From positions 673,890 to 737,889 of the forward strand of contig CP060231.1 in the NCBI GenBank assembly GCA_023898625.1: a stretch of 64,000 bases of DNA, given 5' to 3'. The translations under genes were made by a program, and so were the position numbers. This document shows positions 46,003-56,124 of this stretch, piece after piece; within the stretch, counting starts at the first letter, position 1; each line of letters begins with the position of its first letter. Source of the DNA: Candidatus Nomurabacteria bacterium. Lineage in GTDB: Bacteria; Patescibacteriota; Saccharimonadia; Saccharimonadales; JAGQNJ01. The notes under the pieces are model-generated. The model searched no databases and was not told the DNA's origin. It worked only from the letters and a program-made list of their open reading frames with translations.

Positions 46003-46533
46003 ATGGCAGATTTTAACAAGATATTAGATGCTGGCGATGTAGATGGCGGAGTAATTAATACGGTGATCGAGATCCCAAAGTGGTCTACGCTCAAGATTGA
46101 GTGGAACCGCAAGTTGGCTATCTTTGAACTTGATCGTGTGGAGCCAAGTATTTTTGCTAAGCCTGTGAACTATGGGTTTATTCCACAAACTCTAGACGAA
46201 GATGGTGACGAGCTTGATACTTTGGTACTGACCAACGATCCAATTCCGACAGGTGTTTTCCTAAAAGCCAGAGTAGTTGCCGTACTGCGTTTTGTGGATG
46301 ATGGCGAGGTGGACGACAAGATTATTTGTGTGCCAGAGGACGACCGCAACACCGACAATGCCATTACCTCACTAGATGACTTGCACCAGCAGTGGCGCAA
46401 GAAGATTGAACACCACTTCAACCATTACAAAGATCTCAAAAAGCCTGGCTCTACAGTGGTAAAGAGTTGGGGCGACGCTGAAGAAGCCAAGCAGATAATC
46501 AAAGAATGCCAAACCCGCTGGGGCGGGCAGTAG
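46003..46533 (+). CDS. ppa: inorganic pyrophosphatase (family I)
   Basis: YGFIPQTLDEDGDELDTLVL motif; AAGGAGG RBS. Confidence 0.9.
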   Translation: MADFNKILDAGDVDGGVINTVIEIPKWSTLKIEWNRKLAIFELDRVEPSIFAKPVNYGFIPQTLDEDGDELDTLVLTNDPIPTGVFLKARVVAVLRFVDDGEVDDKIICVPEDDRNTDNAITSLDDLHQQWRKKIEHHFNHYKDLKKPGSTVVKSWGDAEEAKQIIKECQTRWGGQ

Positions 46534-47469
46534 ATGAAGGCATTTATTTTTGATCCCCTTTGGAAAACATTGATAACTGAAACATTATCAAAAAGTTTAT
46601 TAGATAATGACGTAGAAGTCGTGGTTGTTAGTGATCTCACCCCGATTCAGCAGAATAAAGCGTTGTATGAAGGTGACGAGGATAGGATATTGTGCGTTAA
46701 CCCTGACTATGTTAAATGGAATCTTACTGTTGATGACTACAAGAACATACCAAATCTGAAGGCGATATTAGGAGCAGCTACATCTTTTTCTTGGATTAAT
46801 ACAAGCTTCGCAGATCAAAACAATATTCCTATCGTAAACATTCGTAATTTCTCCACACAGGCGGTCGCTGAATGGGCAATTACAATGATGTTTAATGTTG
46901 CAAGAAAGATACCGTTACTGATTAAAAATGGCTTTCCTCTGGATTTTGATAAGGACTTCATGAAATACAAAGGACAAGAATTAAATGGTAGAACGGCTGC
47001 CATTATTGGCTTGGGACACAATGGTCTTGCGATTGCTGAAAGGTTAACTGGTCTAGGGATGAATGTAGTTTATTGGTCGAAGCACTCCAGGGACTCTAGG
47101 TATGAATATCTAGAGCTTGATGAACTGTTTAAACGAGCGGATGTGATTTTCCCTACATTTGCGCATAATCAAGAATCGGATAATTTGATTACTGATGAAT
47201 TACTGGATCTGATGAAGAAAAATGCTATTGTAGTTGACATAATTAAACTTACGAATAGAAACAAAATCCTTCACCTGGTAGAAAATGATACAATTTTTGG
47301 ATATGCATTCGAGGCAGAGCCAAGAACATTCACTAAATATGTCGGTAATGTTTGGGCTGCTCCTGAATACGCCTGGGTTACAGAAGGATCATTCAATAAT
47401 GTAATGACTAAATGGGTGGAAAATATGATAAATGCTTCTAAGAACGAATTTCCAAATAGGGTAAATTGA
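46534..47469 (+). CDS. D-isomer-specific 2-hydroxyacid dehydrogenase family protein
   Basis: NAD-binding GLGHNGLAIAERL motif, 311 aa. Confidence 0.7.
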   Translation: MKAFIFDPLWKTLITETLSKSLLDNDVEVVVVSDLTPIQQNKALYEGDEDRILCVNPDYVKWNLTVDDYKNIPNLKAILGAATSFSWINTSFADQNNIPIVNIRNFSTQAVAEWAITMMFNVARKIPLLIKNGFPLDFDKDFMKYKGQELNGRTAAIIGLGHNGLAIAERLTGLGMNVVYWSKHSRDSRYEYLELDELFKRADVIFPTFAHNQESDNLITDELLDLMKKNAIVVDIIKLTNRNKILHLVENDTIFGYAFEAEPRTFTKYVGNVWAAPEYAWVTEGSFNNVMTKWVENMINASKNEFPNRVN

Positions 47470-47505
47470 TTCTAGTGACATGGTAATTTTAAGGAGAGTG
47501 ACAAT

Positions 47506-47787
47506 ATGCAAGTTGTAATCATAGGACTAGATGGGACTGACAAAGACGCGCTTGCCCGCAGGCAGGCAGCTCGGCAAGACCACATTAAGATGGGTGATGA
47601 GCTCTTGGCGTCCGGCAACTTATGGTACGGAGCGGCACTACTGCACGATGATGGTTCAATGAAAGGTTCTATGTATGTAATGAACTTTAACTCAGAAGAT
47701 GAGTTACAGAAATATCTCAAGAAAGAGCCCTATATTGTTGGGGATGTATGGCGAGAAGTTACCCATTCACAAATCAAATACCCGTGA
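47506..47787 (+). CDS. YciI-like protein
   Basis: 93 aa; RQAARQDHI...G.LWYGAALL pattern of the YciI family. Confidence 0.6.
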   Translation: MQVVIIGLDGTDKDALARRQAARQDHIKMGDELLASGNLWYGAALLHDDGSMKGSMYVMNFNSEDELQKYLKKEPYIVGDVWREVTHSQIKYP

Positions 47788-47839
47788 TCCCTGGCAGTTC
47801 AATAGGCCACAGCAGTGGTTCGAGAAAAGGAGTTAAGGT

Positions 47840-48220
47840 GTGTTTCAAGACAAACTCTTTTGGCTTGGCCTCATTGCAGATGTGATTTACTTTCACGGTG
47901 GCGACGAACACCTACTGAACTTTTGGATGAATCAATTTGATATTTCAGCTATCTTTGAAGGAAAGGTGGTGGCGACAAACTCTGCAAGTTCTGATATGCT
48001 AAGTGTTGCCTTCTGGACTTGTGATTGGCGTGAAGTTCACGAAGGCTTCGGTATCCTGCCTATCAAGTTCATACCGCATTATCAATCGAATTTTGGCGAT
48101 GACGACCCTCGTGGACCGATTGATTGGCAGAAAGCCTATGATCAACTAGCTAACTATGGCGACGCTAACTTGCCTATACTTGCTCTAAGAGAGGGTGAAT
48201 TCAAGGTATTTGATAGATAA
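47840..48220 (+). CDS. hypothetical protein resembling the C-terminal half of an S51 (dipeptidase E-like) peptidase
   Basis: GTG start after AAAGGAG; 126 aa; weak GG...SAS motif resemblance only. Confidence 0.35.
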   Translation: MFQDKLFWLGLIADVIYFHGGDEHLLNFWMNQFDISAIFEGKVVATNSASSDMLSVAFWTCDWREVHEGFGILPIKFIPHYQSNFGDDDPRGPIDWQKAYDQLANYGDANLPILALREGEFKVFDR

Positions 48221-48293
48221 AGATAGACTTTTGATAGGATATTGCTTGTGGTAAAATATCAGTAATGTTAGATATTAAAAGTGGGGGTAAATG

Positions 48294-49304
48294 ATGAAGA
48301 TTAAAGTAGCGATTAACGGTTTTGGGCGTATAGGCCGGAATGCCTTTAAGATAGCCTTTGATAGGTCGGATATAGACATCGTTGCGATCAATGATTTGAC
48401 TAAAACTGAAACTTTAGCATACCTGCTTAAACATGACACAAACTATGGAGCCTATGAACGAAATGTATCTTTTGATGAACACAATTTAATAGTTGATGGT
48501 TATAAGATACCGGTTACCGCAGAGAAAGACCCAAAGGCTTTGCCTTGGAAGGAGCTTGAGGTTGATGTGGTTATTGAATCAACCGGAAGGTTTACCAAAA
48601 GCGAAGACGCCAAGATGCACATTACTGCTGGGGCAAAAAAAGTCGTAATTTCTGGCCCAACTAAAAGTGGTGATATTGACACAATTGTTTTGGGTGCAAA
48701 CGATGAAAAACTTTCCAAAAGCACAGACATCATTAGTAATGCTAGCTGTACTACAAATTCACTCGCTGCAATTATGTCAATCATGGATGAGATCTTCGGG
48801 GTTGAAAAGGCCATGCTAACAACAGTTCATAGTTATACAGCAAGCCAGGTTTTACAAGATGGACCCGCTAAAGATCTGCGGGAATCTCGTGCTGCAGCCG
48901 AAAATATTGTACCAACAACAACAGGTGCTGCAATTGCTACTACCTTAGCTGTACCTGAGCTGAAGGGTAAGTTTGACGGGATGAGTGTGCGAGTTCCAAC
49001 ATCAGTAGTTTCATTAAGTGATGTAACAATGGTTCTAAAAAAGAACTCAACAAAAGAACAGATCAACGAAGCACTAAAAAATGCAATTAAAGAGCCATTT
49101 TATCAGGGTATATTGGATGTTAGTGATGAGCCGTTAGTAAGTAGCGACTATATTGGTAATAGTCATTCTGGCATTGTTGACCTTCAGCTAACGAACGTAG
49201 TTGGAGGAAACTTAGCTAAGGTGGTAATTTGGTACGACAACGAATGGGGTTATAGCAATCGCTTAGTAGAGGTTGTAGCTGACGTCGGCAAGCAATTACA
49301 CTAA
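48294..49304 (+). CDS. gap: glyceraldehyde-3-phosphate dehydrogenase
   Basis: NGFGRIGR and active-site SCTTNS motifs. Confidence 0.95.
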   Translation: MKIKVAINGFGRIGRNAFKIAFDRSDIDIVAINDLTKTETLAYLLKHDTNYGAYERNVSFDEHNLIVDGYKIPVTAEKDPKALPWKELEVDVVIESTGRFTKSEDAKMHITAGAKKVVISGPTKSGDIDTIVLGANDEKLSKSTDIISNASCTTNSLAAIMSIMDEIFGVEKAMLTTVHSYTASQVLQDGPAKDLRESRAAAENIVPTTTGAAIATTLAVPELKGKFDGMSVRVPTSVVSLSDVTMVLKKNSTKEQINEALKNAIKEPFYQGILDVSDEPLVSSDYIGNSHSGIVDLQLTNVVGGNLAKVVIWYDNEWGYSNRLVEVVADVGKQLH

Positions 49305-49314
49305 AAAGGATAGT

Positions 49315-49980
49315 ATGGGTATCAGTAATACGCAACTAACTTCTAAATATCCAAAAAATGTTTCTAATAATGCTGACAACAACAATCAACAGGCTCCTCC
49401 TAGTCCATCTATCGAAAAATCAGAGGGGCCAAATATATCACCAGTTTCGTTAGATAATAAACAAACACCATCTGTGGACATTAAAAATATAAATAGGGCA
49501 AAGAACCAATTTTGTATTGTTTTGATAATATGGATGTTGTCACTCCCGGTTACAATAGTTTTAAACATACTATCTCGAATTATCTTTCAGAATACACCAG
49601 ATTTAATACTTGTTTTCATTAATATTGTTACATTAATTTTGAGATTCATTTTGTTGCTAGGGTGGATAGCTGTGATTATTTTAGGCGTAAAATGGAATAA
49701 TCTTAGAAAAAATATGAAGGACTTCAAAGATCCTTCTGTCTCAGATCGAAGCACATTCAATCTATGGTTTCTTTTGAGTCTTGTTGCGTGGTTATTTTCA
49801 TGGCCAATTATGTTGTTGATTGCTATGTTTACTTTAGTGTTACCAGGTAATTCTGGTCATTCAATAGGACTTCAATTTAAATTGTTATTTACTCTAGAGC
49901 TTGTCTTATTTATATATGGATTATTTGGTTGGTTGATACCACTATTTGTATGGATGTATAATGGAAAGAAGAAAATATGA
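49315..49980 (+). CDS. membrane protein, function unknown
   Basis: 221 aa; low-complexity N-terminus then four hydrophobic helices; ATGA overlap with rpiB. Confidence 0.55.
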   Translation: MGISNTQLTSKYPKNVSNNADNNNQQAPPSPSIEKSEGPNISPVSLDNKQTPSVDIKNINRAKNQFCIVLIIWMLSLPVTIVLNILSRIIFQNTPDLILVFINIVTLILRFILLLGWIAVIILGVKWNNLRKNMKDFKDPSVSDRSTFNLWFLLSLVAWLFSWPIMLLIAMFTLVLPGNSGHSIGLQFKLLFTLELVLFIYGLFGWLIPLFVWMYNGKKKI

Positions 49981-50420
49981 AGATATTTGTTGGGGCAGAT
50001 CATAACGGGTTTAGGCTTAAGGAACATATTGAGCATTATTTACGTAGTTTAAATTACGATGTAAAGGATGTTAGTGGTAATAAGTTTGACCAAGACGATG
50101 ACTACCCTATTCACTCCGCAAAGGTTGCGTCTAGTGTTTTAGCTACACCTGATAGTGTAGGAATACTACTTTGTGGTAGCGGACAAGGTGTTTGTATGAG
50201 CGCAAATCGTTTTAAGGGCATCAGGGCTAGTTTAGTTTGGAATGAAGCAGAGGCGAGATCGTCTCGTAACGATGATGATGCCAATATATTATGTTTGCCA
50301 GCGCGTGAATTTTCAAGGCTAGACGATGCGAAACAAATAGTCGATATTTGGCTTAACACTCCATTTGGTGGCGCGGTTCGATATACTAGGAGAATAAAGC
50401 AAATGGATCAACTAACATAA
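49977..50420 (+). CDS. rpiB: ribose-5-phosphate isomerase B
   Basis: MKIFVGADHNGFRLKE and CGSGQGVCMSANR motifs. Confidence 0.9.
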   Translation: MKIFVGADHNGFRLKEHIEHYLRSLNYDVKDVSGNKFDQDDDYPIHSAKVASSVLATPDSVGILLCGSGQGVCMSANRFKGIRASLVWNEAEARSSRNDDDANILCLPAREFSRLDDAKQIVDIWLNTPFGGAVRYTRRIKQMDQLT

Positions 50421-50431
50421 AGGAACGTTCT

Positions 50432-51061
50432 ATGCCGATTATATGTCCAACAGTTCTAGCAAGTGATGCACATGATTACCAGACACAAATCAATAAAGTT
50501 TCCTCTTTTGCATCGCGTATTCAAATTGACTTAACGGACGGTGTATTCGCTAAGTCGCCAACCATCGCACTAGAGCAAGTTTGGGTGCCAGAAGGTTTGA
50601 AGGCCGATCTTCACCTAATGTATAAAACTCCAGCAGATTTCTTAGATGAAGCCATAAAGTTGAAGCCACATATGATAATAGTGCATGCTGAAGCGGATGG
50701 TAATTTTATAAAAATTGCTGATAAAATTCATAACGCAGGAATCAAGGTAGGCGTGGCAATTTTGCCAAAGACATCAACACATACCATAAAGCCATCTTTA
50801 TCTGTAATAGATCATGTGTTGATATTTAGCGGAGATTTAGGCAAGTTTGGAGGGGTTGCAGACTTAGATTTATTAAAGAAAATTGTTCAGCTAAAAGAAT
50901 GGAAAGAAGATTTAGAATTCGGCTGGGATGGTGGTATTAATGAATCTAATGCTAAGCAATTGGTAATTGGCGGTGTTAGGGTATTGAATGTTGGTGGATA
51001 CATACAAAATTCTCCTACACCAAAGCAAAACTATGATAAACTGGTCAACCTTACAGCTTAA
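50432..51061 (+). CDS. rpe: ribulose-phosphate 3-epimerase-like protein
   Basis: 209 aa; ribulose-phosphate-binding-barrel pattern (IQIDLTDG, DLHLM, VHAE); pentose-phosphate context. Confidence 0.7.
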   Translation: MPIICPTVLASDAHDYQTQINKVSSFASRIQIDLTDGVFAKSPTIALEQVWVPEGLKADLHLMYKTPADFLDEAIKLKPHMIIVHAEADGNFIKIADKIHNAGIKVGVAILPKTSTHTIKPSLSVIDHVLIFSGDLGKFGGVADLDLLKKIVQLKEWKEDLEFGWDGGINESNAKQLVIGGVRVLNVGGYIQNSPTPKQNYDKLVNLTA

Positions 51062-51082
51062 GCATGTTACAATATCAAATAT

Positions 51083-51961
51083 ATGGGTGGCCAACAAACA
51101 TACTCAATCCAACAACTGAACCAAATCTCTAACTCAATCCGAGAAGATATTATCAGAATGCTTGAGCATGCAGGTAGTGGACACAGCGCTGGGCCACTTG
51201 ACCTTGCAGATATATTTACGGCATTGTATTTTGATATTTTAAAGCATAATCCTAAAAAACCAGATTGGGACGAACGTGATATCTTATTGTTGAGTAATGG
51301 GCATTGTGTTCCGGTGCAATACGCAACGATGGCACACGCCGGTTATTTTGAAAAGAAGGAACTGCTAACACTAAGACAATTTGGGTCAAGACTGCAGGGA
51401 CATCCCGAAAGAACTAGATTACCAGGACTAGAGAACACTAGTGGACCACTAGGTTGTGGTTTGAGCCAGGCTTGTGGTATGTCTTTGGCTATGCAGATGG
51501 ATCATGACACTCATCGTTGGATATATGTGGTGATGGGTGACGGAGAGCTCAATGAAGGTAATATTTGGGAAGCTGGCATGCTAGCAAGTAAGTATAACTT
51601 ACATAATATTATTGGCATTATTGATCGCAACAATATCCAAATTGATGGACCAACCGAAGATGTCATGCCTTTAGAAGACTTACGGGCTAAATGGGAAAGT
51701 TTTGGCTGGCATGTGCAAGAAATAGATGGGCATAATATCGAGGCAGTCATTGACGCTTGTTCGATGGCACGTGCAATAACCGAAAAACCGAGTATCATCA
51801 TTGCCCATACTATTCCTGGCAAAGGAGTTGATTTTATGGAGTATAACTTTAAATGGCATGGTGGTGCCCCAGGACAAGGTGTGCCGAATAAAGAACAAGC
51901 AAAAGAGGCACTTAAAGAATTACGCTCATTGGGCGGAAAGATTACAGGGGAACATCAATGA
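51083..51961 (+). CDS. transketolase, N-terminal subunit
   Basis: GSGHSAGPLDLADIFTALYF and GDGELNEGNIWEA (TPP-binding) motifs. Confidence 0.9.
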   Translation: MGGQQTYSIQQLNQISNSIREDIIRMLEHAGSGHSAGPLDLADIFTALYFDILKHNPKKPDWDERDILLLSNGHCVPVQYATMAHAGYFEKKELLTLRQFGSRLQGHPERTRLPGLENTSGPLGCGLSQACGMSLAMQMDHDTHRWIYVVMGDGELNEGNIWEAGMLASKYNLHNIIGIIDRNNIQIDGPTEDVMPLEDLRAKWESFGWHVQEIDGHNIEAVIDACSMARAITEKPSIIIAHTIPGKGVDFMEYNFKWHGGAPGQGVPNKEQAKEALKELRSLGGKITGEHQ

Positions 51962-52950
51962 GCACACTAGACTATCATCTTGTTCATAAAAACTGGATCA
52001 AGTCAAAGGTTGAGTTTGAGCCAAACCGTAAAGGCTTTGGGCGTGGATTACTTGAAGCTGGCAAGCACCACGATGATGTAGTGGCTTGCTGTGCAGATCT
52101 AACAGAATCAACACAAATGCATCTATTTAAAGAGGCGTTTCCTGAACGCTTTGTTGAAATTGGGGTAGCAGAGCAAAATCTAGTAACCGTTGGTTCTGGT
52201 TTGGCGTCTATGGGTAAGATTCCTTACGTTAGCAGTTATGCTACCTTTAGCCCAGGGAGAAATTGGGAACAAATAAGAACAACAATTTGCCTTAACGATC
52301 AACCAGTGCGCATTATTGGTTCTCATGCTGGGGTTAGTGTTGGTCCTGATGGTGCGACTCACCAGATGCTTGAAGATATTGCGATTATGCGAGCTTTGCC
52401 AAATATGACAGTGATTGCGCCAAGTGACAGTATAGAAGCTGAAAAGGCCACGATTGCTCTGGCTAAATACAAAAAACCAGCTTATATGCGATTAGCACGA
52501 GAAGCTGTACCAATAATATCTACCAAAGATACGCCATTTGAGATTGGCAAAGCTTATGTGTACGACGAGGGTGCAGACATTACAATTATTGCTACCGGAA
52601 CAATGACGTATCATGCATTAGTTGCGTCAGAGATACTCTACAAAGAAGGTATCGAAGCGGAGGTAATCCATTGCCCAACAGTTAAGCCGTTAGACGCTAT
52701 AACTATCATTAAGAGTGTCAAAAAGACAAGATGTGCTATCACTGTTGAGGAGCATCAAATAACCGGAGGCCTAGGTGGTGCAGTAGCCGAATTTTTATCA
52801 GAACATCTGCCTGTTCCACTCAGAAGAGTTGGTGTACATGATAGATTTGGCGAGTCTGGTAAACCAGATGAATTATTCGAACATCTTGGATTAACCGCAA
52901 AACATATTGCACTAGTCGCTCATCAAACATATCAAAGCAGGAGGAAATAA
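51958..52950 (+). CDS. transketolase, C-terminal subunit
   Basis: GVAEQNLVTVGSGLA and GPDGATHQ motifs; ATGA overlap with the N-terminal subunit. Confidence 0.9.
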   Translation: MSTLDYHLVHKNWIKSKVEFEPNRKGFGRGLLEAGKHHDDVVACCADLTESTQMHLFKEAFPERFVEIGVAEQNLVTVGSGLASMGKIPYVSSYATFSPGRNWEQIRTTICLNDQPVRIIGSHAGVSVGPDGATHQMLEDIAIMRALPNMTVIAPSDSIEAEKATIALAKYKKPAYMRLAREAVPIISTKDTPFEIGKAYVYDEGADITIIATGTMTYHALVASEILYKEGIEAEVIHCPTVKPLDAITIIKSVKKTRCAITVEEHQITGGLGGAVAEFLSEHLPVPLRRVGVHDRFGESGKPDELFEHLGLTAKHIALVAHQTYQSRRK

Positions 52951-52952
52951 TA

Positions 52953-53864
52953 GTGTCATTAACTTTAAGACAAATGCGACAAAATTGTGCTGAAGCACGG
53001 GATTTGATGGAGAGGTCACGGAGTAAAAAGTTTGCCGTAGGTGCCTTTAACCTTGATAACCAAGAAACGCTGATTGCGGTAGCAAGAGCAGCAAAAAAAA
53101 TGAAAGCGCCGGTATTGGTAGAAGTTAGCAAGGGTGAGGTTGATGCCTTGGGGCTAGACAACGTGCGCGATATGGTAGATAACTACAAGGCGGAATATAA
53201 CATTGAGATGTATATTAATCTTGATCATAGTCCAAGTGTCGAAGATGCTCTCGACGGAATAGAGGCGGGGTTTGAATTTATCCATATTGATGTATCACAG
53301 GCAAACCATGACGCTAGTGATGAAGAAATTATCAGCGCTACAAAAGAGGTTGTTAATTACGCTAGACTAACTGGTGCTTTAGTCGAGAGTGAACCTCATT
53401 ATTTTGGGGGTAGTTCGAATTTGCATACCGAAAAGATTGATTATGCGGAAATAAAAAAGACTTTTAGTACACCCCTTGGAGCAAGATCATTTGTTAACGC
53501 AACCGGAATCGATACTTTTGCCGTAGCGATAGGCAATCTTCACGGCAAGTATCCAGTACCTAAAAAGTTAGACCTCGAGTTATTAAAGCAAATTCGTAAA
53601 GAACTTGAATGTAATATCAGCTTACATGGTGGAAGTGGAACGCCCGGACACTATTTTGAAGACGCATCACGAATCGGTGTTAGCAAAATAAACATAAACT
53701 CGGATATGCGCGTAGCCTATCGGAATACACTAGAAAGAGTCTTGGCAGAAAACAAAGACGAGTATGCCGTAGTTAAGTTAATGGGCAAGGTTATTGGTGC
53801 AGTACAAAAAGTCGTTGAATCGAAGATTGAGGTATTCGGGTCGGCTGGGAAGGCAAGGGTATAG
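52953..53864 (+). CDS. fba: class II fructose-bisphosphate aldolase
   Basis: GTG start; NLDHS, LHGGSGT and NINSD motifs. Confidence 0.85.
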   Translation: MSLTLRQMRQNCAEARDLMERSRSKKFAVGAFNLDNQETLIAVARAAKKMKAPVLVEVSKGEVDALGLDNVRDMVDNYKAEYNIEMYINLDHSPSVEDALDGIEAGFEFIHIDVSQANHDASDEEIISATKEVVNYARLTGALVESEPHYFGGSSNLHTEKIDYAEIKKTFSTPLGARSFVNATGIDTFAVAIGNLHGKYPVPKKLDLELLKQIRKELECNISLHGGSGTPGHYFEDASRIGVSKININSDMRVAYRNTLERVLAENKDEYAVVKLMGKVIGAVQKVVESKIEVFGSAGKARV

Positions 53865-53872
53865 GTAGTAAT

Positions 53873-54838
53873 TTGAAGAAAGTACACATTGTATCGATTG
53901 GTGCAGCTGTTCAAGATGTTTTTTTGCAAGGCAAGATATTCAAGCCAGTTAAAGAAGAAGACGGAGATTTGGTCAATGAATTTGATCTTGGAACAAAAAA
54001 TGAGATTGAGGGAGTAGTTCATAGCGTTGGTGGTGGTGCAACCAATGCTAGCGTGACATTTTCTCGGCTAGGATTAAATAGCTGGTATATGGGTAGAGTA
54101 GGAGACGATATAGCCGGTCGAGTGGTGCTAGAAACCTTGGCGCATGATCACGTAAACACAAGCCTTGTATGGTTTGCTAAGGACACTGGTACTGGTTATT
54201 CAACATTACTGCTGGCTCCATCTGGGGAGCGGACCATCTTAACTTATCGTGGCGCTTCATCGGAGTATAACTTGACTTCTACTCGATTTAAATCGGTAAA
54301 GCCAGATTGGTTTTATGTTAGCTCGTTATCAGGTGATATGGATGCATTGGAAGGAATAGTGAATTATGCTAAAAAAAAGAAAATAAAAATTGCTATTAAT
54401 CCTGGCAAGGGAGAGCTGAAGCAACATGCTCGATTTAAAAAAATGCTACCTTTCTTTGAAATATTGAGTGTTAACAAGGAAGAAATGGAGCAATTATTTG
54501 GTACTGCAGATTTATTTACATTAATGAAACGAGCCAATAAAGACGTACCGATAGTTGTAGTTACTGATGGGGCAAAAGGTTCGTACGTAATACACGACTC
54601 TAAAATATACAAGGCTGGAATGTATAAAGATGTCAAAGTGATTGATAGAACAGGTGCTGGCGATGCGTTCTGTAGTGGTTTTGTGGCCATGGTGGCTATG
54701 AACCAGACAATAGAGACGGCTATTACATACGGAAGCGCAAATTCAACTAGTGTAGTTGGACATATCGGAGCAAAAGCCGGTATCTTGAAGTCTAATAAAT
54801 ACTTAGATGAAATGAAAATTCAAATCATTGCAGTTTAG
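53873..54838 (+). CDS. PfkB-family carbohydrate kinase
   Basis: GGGATNA and DRTGAGDAFCSGF motifs; TTG start. Confidence 0.8.
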   Translation: MKKVHIVSIGAAVQDVFLQGKIFKPVKEEDGDLVNEFDLGTKNEIEGVVHSVGGGATNASVTFSRLGLNSWYMGRVGDDIAGRVVLETLAHDHVNTSLVWFAKDTGTGYSTLLLAPSGERTILTYRGASSEYNLTSTRFKSVKPDWFYVSSLSGDMDALEGIVNYAKKKKIKIAINPGKGELKQHARFKKMLPFFEILSVNKEEMEQLFGTADLFTLMKRANKDVPIVVVTDGAKGSYVIHDSKIYKAGMYKDVKVIDRTGAGDAFCSGFVAMVAMNQTIETAITYGSANSTSVVGHIGAKAGILKSNKYLDEMKIQIIAV

Positions 54839-54885
54839 ATTTTCGTTTTTGCGGACTTAACTTGCTTATGGTAATCTAGTTACAG

Positions 54886-56124
54886 ATGTCCAAAATGCTA
54901 TCACAACTATTAGGCGCGAAAGAGCCAATGTTTACAATGAGCCTTAGGCAACTTGAACAAGCAAGCGGAAATCCTAGCGCTGATGTTCGATTAACTGCTG
55001 AAATTATTGGTAGCATTCGCATGAAGACTTCAGAGCTTGGTCTTGACCCAGATGATACATCGCCTCGTGAGCTACACTCTGCGTTATTAGCTAAGATTGA
55101 TGACCACAATAAGAGGTTAGTAAGAAGAATTGGTGGCGATGATCCAAATGATGCGGTTAAACTAATGCCATTAATGCGACGAGCATGGGAAAAGGTAGAT
55201 GTTGACAAAACATGTTGGGTACTTAAAAAGTCAGTAGCTAAAGCAATGCTCAAGAAAACTCCACCAACCCAAATAATGAAACATCTTGGGTATCGATCAA
55301 TAGACAGCATGATCAAACACGAAAATCTTGGTGAGGTATATGGCGCTTTGCGGTTTGCTGAGACTCCAGAATGGTTGAATAAGTTCAACGAACAATACAA
55401 GACACTAAAACCAACAGATTTTGAATCTCGAAAGATTGAAGTTATCGAAATGGACATTGAACGCTGGGGCGACATCGCGGCGCCGTTTATTCACAAAAAA
55501 CGCCACAACATTACTCATCTTAAAGAACTAGGCGTAATATTAATGCTTCCGATTACAGCTAAAGCTAACCTGAGAGGTATAGCTATATTTACCTTGCCTC
55601 TTCTTTTTCATTATTTACAAGAAATCCGATTATATTCGGCTTTCTTTAAATTAAAGCAAGTTGAACCAAATTTTGGCAAAGTGATTGTTGATACGTTGAT
55701 CGCTGATCCAAGCAGTGGTGCAATTATGAGTGGCAATAAAATACACTGGCGAGTTATACAACGATATTTTGGTAAGCTCGAAAAGGAAAAACATCCTGAA
55801 ATATTTGAGCCACATGTTCAGCCGGAGGATTTACATTGGCGCCGTGCCGAGGATATGTTATATGATCTTGATCCAGACTTGGGTTTTTGGCGTGATATGG
55901 ATTATGTGGGTATTCTAGATACAGATAAACGACCAGTAACCTTAAATATGTTGGATGTAGCGGCCAGTTACGTGAATGATTCACCGTATTCCAAGAGAGC
56001 AATTTATCACTTTAGAGAATCTTTATGGAATGAAATATTTATACGGTACATGGGCCAGAAGAACCTTGAAGAACAGGTTTTAGCTCAGCTTGACAATGAC
56101 GTAATTAAGCCGGAAGCCTTATGA
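54886..56124 (+). CDS. hypothetical protein (412 aa), no recognisable family
   Basis: Long clean ORF; own promoter-like TTGCGG-17-TGgTAATCT with the ATG 8 nt downstream; ATGA-coupled to the next gene. Confidence 0.6.
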   Translation: MSKMLSQLLGAKEPMFTMSLRQLEQASGNPSADVRLTAEIIGSIRMKTSELGLDPDDTSPRELHSALLAKIDDHNKRLVRRIGGDDPNDAVKLMPLMRRAWEKVDVDKTCWVLKKSVAKAMLKKTPPTQIMKHLGYRSIDSMIKHENLGEVYGALRFAETPEWLNKFNEQYKTLKPTDFESRKIEVIEMDIERWGDIAAPFIHKKRHNITHLKELGVILMLPITAKANLRGIAIFTLPLLFHYLQEIRLYSAFFKLKQVEPNFGKVIVDTLIADPSSGAIMSGNKIHWRVIQRYFGKLEKEKHPEIFEPHVQPEDLHWRRAEDMLYDLDPDLGFWRDMDYVGILDTDKRPVTLNMLDVAASYVNDSPYSKRAIYHFRESLWNEIFIRYMGQKNLEEQVLAQLDNDVIKPEAL